NCBI GenBank assembly: GCA_964353165.1
Contig: CAYGUY010000012.1
Location: 453 to 64,452, forward strand
Direction: 5' to 3'
Origin: an uncultured Maribacter sp.
Lineage (GTDB): Bacteria; Bacteroidota; Bacteroidia; Flavobacteriales; Flavobacteriaceae
DNA length: 64,000 nucleotides
The position numbers and the translations under genes are program-made. This document shows, one piece after another, positions 30,015 through 39,142 of the stretch. Position 1 is the stretch's first letter. Every line of letters starts with the position of its first letter. The notes beneath the pieces are model-generated. The model did no database searches and was not told where the DNA came from. It saw only the letters and a list, made by a program, of their open reading frames with translations.

Positions 30015-30086
30015 GTGTAAAAGGAATTAAATGGTGTTACAAGTTATGTATTTTAGCTAGTACATGTTTTTTAAAAGTATCCTTAA

Positions 30087-30368
30087 AACATCTTTCTTAT
30101 ATCGTTTAAAACCACTCCTAAATTAAATTGGGGACGGACTTGCTTTTCAGAAAATTATGATACTCCATATATCACTTTTGGTGTAAACGGCACAAAGCAT
30201 TAGCATGACGTACTTAGCAAAATGGATGTTGTCGCGCATAGAAACGGCGAACAGTGGAAGGTATTCATCCATACATATTCGGATTACAAAACCGGAGGAT
30301 TTAAAGCGGACTATGGAAATAGTCAAACAATAGAGCTAGCCCGATCAAAAACATTAAAAAGAAAATAG
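30087..30368 (+). pseudogene. Possible gene remnant (93-codon frame with one internal TAG)
   Basis: Frame reads ..LNWGRTCFSENYDTPYITFGVNGTKH*HDVLSKMDVVAHRNGEQWKVF..; single stop at 30201-30203; no start codon; family not recognised. Confidence 0.3.
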
Positions 30369-30545
30369 GCCCTGCTTTAATTGCAATTCGGACATACACG
30401 TAATTTTTAAATACGACTTAGGTTGGTTTGCCTGTTATATCAACTCGATTTTTCCTATATTTCGTACGAACAGCAGGTAAGGCTTTTAGCAACTAAATAT
30501 TTCAAGCCCTTTTATCCTGCAGACTAGGAACCTAAATAAAATTTT

Positions 30546-32270
30546 ATGTCAAGTAAAAAATCGGTCTTATGGACTATAGCCCTTGGGGTTTTGGTCTTTT
30601 CTTCTTGTGGAAAAAATCAAAAGGAAGCGGCTACCCTACTTATCCATGGTGGAACTATCTATACGGTTGATAGTGTGCAGACCACGGTAGAAGCAGTGGC
30701 TACTAAGGACAATAAAATTCTTTTTGCAGGAAGCCTTTCTGAAGCTGAAGCCTATAAAACGGACCAAACGAAAGTAATAGACCTTAAAGGCAAGACAATG
30801 ACGCCTGGCCTCATTGAAGGTCATGGGCATTTTATGGGATTAGGGTACAACGAGCTCAATTTAGACCTGATGAATACAACGAGTTATCAAGAAATTGTTG
30901 ATGCAGTCGCCTTAGCTGTCGAAAAAGCAAAGCCGGGAGAATGGATTACCGGGCGTGGTTGGCATCAAAGCAAATGGACGGAAATGCCCGAAGAAACAGT
31001 AGATGGTTTTCAGACCCACGATTTGTTGAGTTCCGTTTCTCCCGATAATCCGGTCTACCTAAGACATGCCAGTGGGCATGCTGGTTTTGCCAATGCAAAA
31101 GCGATGGAAATTGCAGGATTACAGGTGATGGCTAAAGAAGGTATAGACGGACTAGAGGTAACCGGTGGCGAAGTGATGCGAAACGACTTGGGGCAGCCTA
31201 CGGGAATTTTCAACGAACGTGCCATGACCTTGATCACAAAACATATTCCGGAGACCACCCCGGAGAAAGATGCCAAGGCTTTTGAGCTGGCAGTTGCGGC
31301 CTGTCATAGAAATGGTATTACGGGTTTTCACGATGCCGGTATTGGCCAGGAAACCATTGCATTGTACGAAAAAATGAAATCGGAGGGTAAGATGGGGATA
31401 CGTATGTATGCGATGCTTACTGGCTGGGATAATGAACTGCTTATAAAATGGTATGCACAAGGCCCTATGGTAGATGCGGACAATTTGTTTACGATACGAT
31501 CCGTGAAATTAAACTGTGATGGGGCTTTAGGTTCACGAGGGGCTTGGTTGTTGGAAGAATATACGGATAGGCCCGGTCATTTTGGCCATGAGACCTTACC
31601 TATGGAATTTGTAAAGGAAACGGCACTTAATGGATTGCAACATGGTTTTCAAGTGTGCGCCCACGCCATTGGTGATCGCGCCAATAAAGAAATATTGGAC
31701 CGCTACGAAGCGGCTTTTACAGCACTGCCAGATTTAACGAACGATAATAGGTACCGAATTGAACATGCGCAGCACCTGCACCCAGATGATATTCCGCGTT
31801 TTGCCCAATTGGGTGTTATTCCCGCAATGCAGGCCGTGCATATGTCCTCTGACAGGGAATGGGCCATTGATAGGCTTGGCGAAAAACGAATCAAAGAAGG
31901 TGCTTACATGTGGCAGGCTTTATTGCAGAGTGGCATCCCAATTGTTAACGGTACCGATGTACCCGTAGAACCTTTGAATCCTATTGCAAGTTTTTATGCC
32001 AGTGTGAGTCGTAAAACCTTAAAGGGAATGCCCGAAGGTGGATATGAACCAGAACAGAAAATGACTCGGGAACAAGCTTTACGGTCCTATACCTTGGATG
32101 CTGCCTACGGAGCTTTTGAAGAAGATATCAAAGGATCTATAACGGTAGGTAAATTGGCGGATTTTACTGTATATGAGCAAGACTTGATGACGGTACCTGA
32201 AGATAAGATTTTGGATACAGAGATTGCAATGACCATTTTCAACGGAGCGGTTGTTTATGAGAATAAGTAA
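30546..32270 (+). CDS. Amidohydrolase family 3 (YtcJ-like) lipoprotein
   Basis: Lipobox FSSC; PGLIEGHGH, DGALGSRGA, HAIGDRA, RIEHAQ, GTDVPVE, GKLADF. Confidence 0.9.
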   Translation: MSSKKSVLWTIALGVLVFSSCGKNQKEAATLLIHGGTIYTVDSVQTTVEAVATKDNKILFAGSLSEAEAYKTDQTKVIDLKGKTMTPGLIEGHGHFMGLGYNELNLDLMNTTSYQEIVDAVALAVEKAKPGEWITGRGWHQSKWTEMPEETVDGFQTHDLLSSVSPDNPVYLRHASGHAGFANAKAMEIAGLQVMAKEGIDGLEVTGGEVMRNDLGQPTGIFNERAMTLITKHIPETTPEKDAKAFELAVAACHRNGITGFHDAGIGQETIALYEKMKSEGKMGIRMYAMLTGWDNELLIKWYAQGPMVDADNLFTIRSVKLNCDGALGSRGAWLLEEYTDRPGHFGHETLPMEFVKETALNGLQHGFQVCAHAIGDRANKEILDRYEAAFTALPDLTNDNRYRIEHAQHLHPDDIPRFAQLGVIPAMQAVHMSSDREWAIDRLGEKRIKEGAYMWQALLQSGIPIVNGTDVPVEPLNPIASFYASVSRKTLKGMPEGGYEPEQKMTREQALRSYTLDAAYGAFEEDIKGSITVGKLADFTVYEQDLMTVPEDKILDTEIAMTIFNGAVVYENK

Positions 32271-32278
32271 TCTGTTTA

Positions 32279-32908
32279 CTAACCCAATACAGGTCCAATT
32301 GCCGCCGGTTGATACAACAACCAACCTGTTACACTATAACGATCGTTAAAGGATGTTAGAACGGCATGCGGTACTTCCGCACTTTTAAAAAGCACGCAAC
32401 GCTTGGCCAACGGATTTACTAGCTGTATTTGCCGGTTAGTATCCAAAATTTCCAGCTGACCACCATCTTGGGGCTGCCAGTTTTCGTTCAAATAAACAAC
32501 CATGGAAATCATACGGTTGTTCCGACTTTCAAATTGGTCCAAATGGCGCGCATAGTGTCCTCCAGATGGATAATGCGCCAAATGAAACTCTGCTCCCGAA
32601 AGGCTTAAGTAACAATATCTATTGAGGATGAACTTGGTCTCTTCCAATATATTCCAAAAGGTGCCGAGTTCGGTATCCCGTGTCTTATTTAACCAGTAGG
32701 TGCGATCTCCCCGGATATTACGTTTAATCACATGTTGATTCAAGGTACCGATTCCCGCTTGGTCAAAAGCATCGATCTTTTCAAATAGAAAGTTTCGAAG
32801 TTCCCCATAGCAGGCATCGTCCAAAAAATCATCTATGACTACATAATCGTGTTCGGAAAGGGCATCCATCCAGGACAACCAATTCTCTAGGGGATGAATT
32901 GTTTTCAA
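32279..32908 (-). CDS. 2OG-Fe(II) oxygenase (prolyl-hydroxylase-like)
   Basis: IRGDRTYW, YARHLD (HxD), YLNENW, GGQL, PHAV, RYSVTGW. Confidence 0.9.
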   Translation of the reverse strand: MKTIHPLENWLSWMDALSEHDYVVIDDFLDDACYGELRNFLFEKIDAFDQAGIGTLNQHVIKRNIRGDRTYWLNKTRDTELGTFWNILEETKFILNRYCYLSLSGAEFHLAHYPSGGHYARHLDQFESRNNRMISMVVYLNENWQPQDGGQLEILDTNRQIQLVNPLAKRCVLFKSAEVPHAVLTSFNDRYSVTGWLLYQPAAIGPVLG

Positions 32909-32954
32909 TCAGCATTACCAAATACTGTGGAAAGTAGTTAAAAAAAAGGCAGCA

Positions 32955-34505
32955 TTACTTAAAACCTACTTGAACCAACTGTTTTTTATTTCCACGTTTG
33001 GCATAGAACAACATTTCATCCGTTGTGTTATCAACTAAGGGCCTTGATACCATTAAGGGTAGGCGGACTTCCTTACTATCTATGGCTTTTTCAAAACTCA
33101 TATGTCCATTTACATCGAGTTTGATCAAAAAGATATTTCTATTTCTGCTCAGACCTTGCTTGAACATGATACGTTCCGCACTTATTTGTTGCGGATTCTC
33201 GGAGGCCGTACTAATAAAAAAGTAAGTATTGTTTCCCTTAGTGTAGGAACTATAAGACGTGTAAGCCCCATCTCCTTGGGTTACTTCTGTTTTATTAATA
33301 TTACGGGCCCATATGACATCTCCGTCATTGTTTAGCTTGGCACTTACAATATCGTTATGATGGTAACGGGTAATCATTACGCGACCTCCACTTGTATTGG
33401 ATTGCATACTGTTCGTAGTAAAATATTCCTCTGCGTTAAAAAGTATATGTCCATCTGCGGTAATATCCATTGCCTTGAAAACAAGATTGGTAATTTCCCT
33501 TTCATCCCCGGTTCCAAATTTATCTTGCATAAACTGTGACGAAAACGGATTAAATTTTTCCGATTGGATATTCAAGGAACGAGAATCCAATTTGTAATAG
33601 GCGATCCCATTGTATCTATTGTCCCTTCTATCGGCATAAAAGCCAACACACAACAACTCATTACCTTTAAAAATAGGTTTTAATGCTTCTGGATACTTAC
33701 CCGGAGTGTCAAAAGCCTGAATGCTTTTGCCGGTATCGGATAACCGTATCAGTTCATATTGAAATTTTCGTTCTTTGGCGGCAAACCGTTTTTTCTTAAA
33801 ATACGCTTTGCCCAATAAGTAGACATCCTTTAAATTTTCTGAGAATTCGATGTTTTCAAAGGCATAGTTCTTTTCTTCTACCTCGCCTGAGAAATCATGT
33901 TCCATAAGTTTACGCAAACTGGCGTCAAAAACATGGATGTAATGTTTATTTTCCTTTCGCTTTTTAAAATGCGTGGTAATGGCAAAAGCGGTTTTTTTAT
34001 CATTGAACAGTACGGAAGTCGTAAAGCCGGAAGAAAAATTTCGATTATAATAATTCCTGTCCAACGGCTGTTCTACGGGGTCTGATGAGATGGATAATAG
34101 TACTTCTGTTGTAAAATTAAAGGTTGTAAACGGACTCCTATGAACTATATACTCATAAGCCAGTTTGTTGTAGTCATATTCTAAAAATAGAAGGTATACC
34201 TGTCCGTTTTTCACGTAGGCCTCAACAAAATTAGCATCTTTAAGCTTATAATTGAACTCTGAGATGAGTTCCAAATCCGAATTATAGTGTTCTACCAAAT
34301 ACCCTTTTGGTTTTAAAACAATCCCGCTGTAATACGCTCTAATTATGATGGTGCCACCATTGCCATCTTCCGCAATGGATAAAAGGTTTGAATATTTGTG
34401 TTTATCACTAAAGGTTTCTCCGATATTATAGGAGATATCATTCTGCTGTGCAAATGCTCCTATTCCAATTATAAAAACTAGAAGTACCGTTATTTTTTTC
34501 AACAT
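32955..34505 (-). CDS. Conserved hypothetical exported protein
   Basis: 516-aa ORF with signal peptide (..GAFAQ); beta-rich; no catalytic motif recognised. Confidence 0.8.
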   Translation of the reverse strand: MLKKITVLLVFIIGIGAFAQQNDISYNIGETFSDKHKYSNLLSIAEDGNGGTIIIRAYYSGIVLKPKGYLVEHYNSDLELISEFNYKLKDANFVEAYVKNGQVYLLFLEYDYNKLAYEYIVHRSPFTTFNFTTEVLLSISSDPVEQPLDRNYYNRNFSSGFTTSVLFNDKKTAFAITTHFKKRKENKHYIHVFDASLRKLMEHDFSGEVEEKNYAFENIEFSENLKDVYLLGKAYFKKKRFAAKERKFQYELIRLSDTGKSIQAFDTPGKYPEALKPIFKGNELLCVGFYADRRDNRYNGIAYYKLDSRSLNIQSEKFNPFSSQFMQDKFGTGDEREITNLVFKAMDITADGHILFNAEEYFTTNSMQSNTSGGRVMITRYHHNDIVSAKLNNDGDVIWARNINKTEVTQGDGAYTSYSSYTKGNNTYFFISTASENPQQISAERIMFKQGLSRNRNIFLIKLDVNGHMSFEKAIDSKEVRLPLMVSRPLVDNTTDEMLFYAKRGNKKQLVQVGFK

Positions 34506-34522
34506 ACTAAGTTCGTTAAGTG

Positions 34523-35305
34523 TTACGAACCTGGGAAATTTGCTTTACGTTTTTCTAAAAATGCCGATGTACCTTCGGTAAAATCGTCCGTTCCAAAACA
34601 AGCGCCAAATGCTTTAATTTCCTGCTCGTAACCGTTTACAGTATTCTTAAAACCAGCATTTACAGCTTTTATTGCATAAGAAACCGCTACGGGCGAATTA
34701 TTGGAAATCTTAAGGGCTATTCTAGTACACGCAGATAACAATTCTTCCTGTGGCACTACATGGTTTACTAGACCATAGGATAATGCCTGTTCGGCAGAAA
34801 TCATACCCGCGGTCATGATCATTTCCATGGCCCTTCCCTTCCCTACTAATTGAGGTAAACGCTGGGTGCCTCCGTACCCGGGAATTACGCCTAACGAAAC
34901 TTCGGGCAGTCCCATTTGTGCATTATCGCTAGCCACTCTAAAGTGACAGGCCATAGCCAATTCCAATCCACCGCCCAATGCATAACCGTTCAAAGCGGCA
35001 ATAACCGGAGTAGATAGGTTTTCAATGAAATCGAAGACTTTTTTTTGACCTTTTGCGGCTAATTTTTCACCTTCTTTCTCAGAAAATTGAGCAAATTCCG
35101 ATATATCTGCCCCTGCAACAAAGGCCTTTTCCCCGCTACCTGTAAGAATAATTACTTTAATCTGTTCATCTTTTTCAAAATCGCTAAGAATAGCATGTAA
35201 TTCACCGAGTGTTTCTTTATTTAAGGCATTTAACTTATTGGGTCGGTTAATCGTTATGGTTGCTATCGAATCTATATTATTGCTTAATAGGGTAGTGTAG
35301 GACAT
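34523..35305 (-). CDS. Enoyl-CoA hydratase/isomerase family protein
   Basis: INRPNKLNAL, FVAGADI, ALGGGLEL, PEVSLGVIPGYGGTQRL. Confidence 0.93.
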   Translation of the reverse strand: MSYTTLLSNNIDSIATITINRPNKLNALNKETLGELHAILSDFEKDEQIKVIILTGSGEKAFVAGADISEFAQFSEKEGEKLAAKGQKKVFDFIENLSTPVIAALNGYALGGGLELAMACHFRVASDNAQMGLPEVSLGVIPGYGGTQRLPQLVGKGRAMEMIMTAGMISAEQALSYGLVNHVVPQEELLSACTRIALKISNNSPVAVSYAIKAVNAGFKNTVNGYEQEIKAFGACFGTDDFTEGTSAFLEKRKANFPGS

Positions 35306-35325
35306 AGTTAAGGTGCTGTTTTAAA

Positions 35326-36783
35326 TTAGGTTTTCTTCTCTTTAGGGAATTTTACATAAAATACGGTGCCTTTGTCCGGTTCTGAAGTAAAATGGATATT
35401 CCCTTTGTAGGTTTCTACGATGTTTTTTACCATTCCCAAGCCTAAGCCCATACCACTGTTCTTTGTAGTAAATTTAGGTTCGAATATTTTTTCCCTATTT
35501 TGTTCTCGTATACCAATTCCATTATCTGCAACGGAAATTTCTACATAATCACCCACACTGGCAACTGAAACCAATATTTTAGGCGAAGATACCTCCGGTA
35601 AGGCTTGAATAGCATTTTTCACTAAATTGGTCACTACGCGTATCAACTGGGTACGATCTAACTTTGCAATTATTTCATCTTCATCGGCACTAAAATGAAT
35701 GTAATGTTCATTAAAGATATCCAAGGCTAGTTTTACGATTTTCACCACATTTAAGGTTTCGTTCTGTTGCGCAGGCATTTCGGCAAAATTCGAAAATGCG
35801 GAAGCTATGCTACTCATGGTATCTATTTGCTGTATCAGCGTATTGGAGTATTCCTTTACTTTTTCCTTTATATTTGGGTCATTGGGGTCGAACTTACGTT
35901 CAAAACTCTGCACGGTCAAACGCATTGGAGTTAGCGGATTCTTAATTTCATGGGCCACTTGTTTTGCCATTTCTCGCCAAGCTTGCTCTCTTTCGCTCCT
36001 GGCCAGTTTTACGGCACTCTGTCCTAACTCGTCTATCATACGGTTGTAAGAAGATATTAGCTTTTCTATTTCCTCGCCCGGACTATCTATCTGTATTTTT
36101 TCGTTGTTGCGATTTAAATTAGTGCTTTCCATCATGTTGGATATGGTCTCCAAGGATCTTGTTATGTATTTGGAGATGACAAAAGCAAGGGCAATGGCTA
36201 TAATGAGCATTAATAGGTAAACACCTCCTAAACGCATTAAAAACTCACGTAATTCTTTGTCGTTAAAGGAATTGTCTTCAAAATAAGGTAGATTTAAAAT
36301 TCCAATAGGTTTAAATTTTCGATCGTGGACATACGTATATGAAGATTGATATCTGTCTCCCGCAGCTGCATTCTCTTCAACGTAACGCTTATCCACGCTA
36401 GCCTCCAACTTATTGAGAATTTCAGGTTCTATACATATGGATATGGAATCGTTTTCGAATTTTGGCCTAGAACTTTTTATTAAATCCCCGTCCAAATTAT
36501 ATAGGTTAAAGTTCATATTCTGAACGACGGCAATTTCATAGATATCGTTCATGAATATAAGACCTAGGTTTTCTTCTGAAACTGGATAGGTGGTCTTGGC
36601 TATGGAAAGGTCTATACTTTGTCTAATTTGTTCCTCCTTGCGCTCCATTCTATTTTGATGGTAGTCCGCATTTATTTCGCGAAATTGATAGATGGTAATC
36701 CCTAATATCAATACAGAGGCAATCAATACCAATAAAATCATTGAAATGAAAATCCGGGACCGTAAGGATAATTTCTTGAACAA
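35326..36783 (-). CDS. Membrane sensor histidine kinase
   Basis: Two TM segments, HAMP-like region, VAHEIKNPLTP, NLVKNA, DNGIG, FTTK, GMGLGL; -7 box TAACTTTG on the minus strand at 36801-36808. Confidence 0.92.
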   Translation of the reverse strand: MFKKLSLRSRIFISMILLVLIASVLILGITIYQFREINADYHQNRMERKEEQIRQSIDLSIAKTTYPVSEENLGLIFMNDIYEIAVVQNMNFNLYNLDGDLIKSSRPKFENDSISICIEPEILNKLEASVDKRYVEENAAAGDRYQSSYTYVHDRKFKPIGILNLPYFEDNSFNDKELREFLMRLGGVYLLMLIIAIALAFVISKYITRSLETISNMMESTNLNRNNEKIQIDSPGEEIEKLISSYNRMIDELGQSAVKLARSEREQAWREMAKQVAHEIKNPLTPMRLTVQSFERKFDPNDPNIKEKVKEYSNTLIQQIDTMSSIASAFSNFAEMPAQQNETLNVVKIVKLALDIFNEHYIHFSADEDEIIAKLDRTQLIRVVTNLVKNAIQALPEVSSPKILVSVASVGDYVEISVADNGIGIREQNREKIFEPKFTTKNSGMGLGLGMVKNIVETYKGNIHFTSEPDKGTVFYVKFPKEKKT

Positions 36784-37080
36784 GGCTATGGTATTTCGTT
36801 CAAAGTTAGCAAATATCGAACCAAAATAGTTTCTGTTTACGAATGGATAAGGATATGGAGTCCAAAGGCTCTTAATGATGTGATTATATCTACACAGAAC
36901 CTAAACTCAACTTTTTAAAGCCATACTATCCACAAACCCAATAAATATTGCAGTAGATTCGATTTTGGGTTTTATTTCCATTTCACCTGTACTGTTGCTG
37001 TCTATTGCAAATTTAGCTTCTTGAAAGAGTATTCTAATACAATATTTTGTAGCAAGGTCTGGGTCGTTGCTTAAAATTTA

Positions 37081-38070
37081 TTATCCCATCAACTTAACGG
37101 CATCTTTTGCAAAATAACTAGCAATGATATTGGCACCGGCGCGTTTAATTGAGATCAATTGTTCCATCATTACGGCATCGTGATCTAGCCAGCCTCTTTC
37201 GGCTGCCGCTTTCAGCATGGCGTATTCCCCAGAAACTTGATACACAGCGACAGGTACATCCACTTCGTTCTTAATTTCCCGCACAATGTCCAGATAGCAA
37301 AGACCTGGTTTTATCATAACAATATCCGCCCCTTCATCTATGTCCTGTTGGGTTTCACGAATGGCCTCGAATCGATTGGCCGAATCCATTTGGTATGTCT
37401 TTTTATCCTTAGGAACATTTTTCAAGTCTACGGGTGCGGAATCCAACGCGTCCCTAAACGGACCATAAAAGGCGCTGGCATATTTGGCACTGTAGCTCAT
37501 GATACCGGTGTTGGTATAGCCTTCGTCTTCCAAAGCCTCTCTTATGTTAAGGATGCGACCGTCCATCATATCGCTGGGGGCTACAAAATCGGCTCCTGCT
37601 TTAGCGTGTGATACGCTCATTTCCGCCAGAACTTCCACGGTCTCATCGTTCAATATTTGTCCGACTGCGACAATACCATCATGTCCGTAGGAAGAGTAGG
37701 GGTCCATAGCAACATCGGTCATGACCAGCATATCCGGACAAGCATTTTTGACCGTTTTGATGGCCATTTGCATGAGGCCGTTGTCATTTAGCGCCTCGGA
37801 ACCTGCGTTATCCTTTAAGTTATCCGGCACCTTTACAAAGAGCAGCACAGCGCAAAGCCCCATATTCCATAATTCTTTTACCTCTTTCTCCAAGTTGTCC
37901 AAACTTAATCGGTAGTAGTTGGGCATGGAGGGAATTTCATCCTTTACGCCTTTTCCTTCTACCACAAAAAGTGGCACCAGAAAATCACTAGGTGTTAGAA
38001 TAGTTTCGCGAACCAAATGTCTTATTGCATCAGAATTTCGTAATCTACGGTTTCGTATAAGTGGGTACAT
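37081..38070 (-). CDS. hemB: Porphobilinogen synthase
   Basis: RNRRLR, DVAMDPYSSYGHDG (Asp-rich, no Zn-Cys triad), SYSAKYASAFYGPFRDA, MIKPG, YQVSGEY; -7 box at 38120-38127 (minus strand). Confidence 0.97.
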   Translation of the reverse strand: MYPLIRNRRLRNSDAIRHLVRETILTPSDFLVPLFVVEGKGVKDEIPSMPNYYRLSLDNLEKEVKELWNMGLCAVLLFVKVPDNLKDNAGSEALNDNGLMQMAIKTVKNACPDMLVMTDVAMDPYSSYGHDGIVAVGQILNDETVEVLAEMSVSHAKAGADFVAPSDMMDGRILNIREALEDEGYTNTGIMSYSAKYASAFYGPFRDALDSAPVDLKNVPKDKKTYQMDSANRFEAIRETQQDIDEGADIVMIKPGLCYLDIVREIKNEVDVPVAVYQVSGEYAMLKAAAERGWLDHDAVMMEQLISIKRAGANIIASYFAKDAVKLMG

Positions 38071-38264
38071 GATGAGGGTGTGTTAAATATAGAATGAATA
38101 GTTTTTGAACACGGCTATACAAATATAGTGGTAAGCTTCACAATTCTTTTTGATTGAAACCCATTTATTGCAACAGCACACGATTTTTCTAATCAATTTT
38201 CGTAACAAATTCGATATCTTACTTACCAATAGGAAAATAAATACATCAACTAAACACAAACTAT

Positions 38265-39140
38265 ATGTTATCCATTACAGAATTAAACAAGACCTATCCC
38301 AACGGTACCCAAGCGCTGAACAACGTAACTCTTGAAATCGGCAAAGGCATGTTCGGGTTACTGGGGCCTAACGGCGCGGGGAAATCTACCTTAATGCGAA
38401 CCATTGCCACTTTGCAAAATGCGGATAGTGGTTCTGTGGTATTTGATGGGATAGATGTTTTTGACGCTCCGGACGAACTTCGTAAGGTATTAGGGTATTT
38501 GCCACAGGATTTTGGAGTTTACCCAAAAGTATCGGCGGAAATGATGTTGAACCATATTGCAAAGATAAAGGGGATTCAAAGTAAGAACGACCGCGCTTCC
38601 TATGTCTCGGATTTACTTAATAAAGTGAATCTTTTTAAGTTTAGAAAACGGAACCTGGGCGATTACTCTGGCGGTATGCGCCAGCGTTTTGGAATAGCAC
38701 AAGCCTTGATCGGTAATCCAAAATTAATAATCGTAGATGAGCCTACTGCTGGTTTGGATCCCTTGGAACGAAATCGCTTTCATAATCTATTAAGTGAATT
38801 GGGCGAGGACGCTGTAGTAATTTTGTCTACCCATATTGTGGACGATGTTGTGAATTTATGTACGAATATGGCTGTTTTTAATGAGGGTAGTGTTGTTGTA
38901 CAAGGGCATCCACAAGAGCTATCCAATACCTTGAACGGCAAGGTATACCGAAAAAATATAAGTAAGGAAGAAACAGAAAAATACCAATCGGAATACACAG
39001 TGTTGTCAACCTATTTACGTAGTGGTAATTTCAATATAAATGTATACAGCGACTCCCATCCAGGAGACGGTTTTGAGCCGGTAAACAACGATTTGGAAGA
39101 TTTCTACTTCTATAGTATCAACCAACCTCAAACCGTATAA
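38265..39140 (+). CDS. ABC transporter ATP-binding protein
   Basis: GPNGAGKST, YSGGMRQR, IVDEPTAGLD, LSTH. Confidence 0.95.
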   Translation: MLSITELNKTYPNGTQALNNVTLEIGKGMFGLLGPNGAGKSTLMRTIATLQNADSGSVVFDGIDVFDAPDELRKVLGYLPQDFGVYPKVSAEMMLNHIAKIKGIQSKNDRASYVSDLLNKVNLFKFRKRNLGDYSGGMRQRFGIAQALIGNPKLIIVDEPTAGLDPLERNRFHNLLSELGEDAVVILSTHIVDDVVNLCTNMAVFNEGSVVVQGHPQELSNTLNGKVYRKNISKEETEKYQSEYTVLSTYLRSGNFNINVYSDSHPGDGFEPVNNDLEDFYFYSINQPQTV

Positions 39141-39142
39141 TT

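Noticed and set aside
36907-37077. 56-codon open frame right after the hemB stop (minus strand)
   Set aside because: No start codon near its 5' end and no recognisable motif; possibly a remnant but unsupported.
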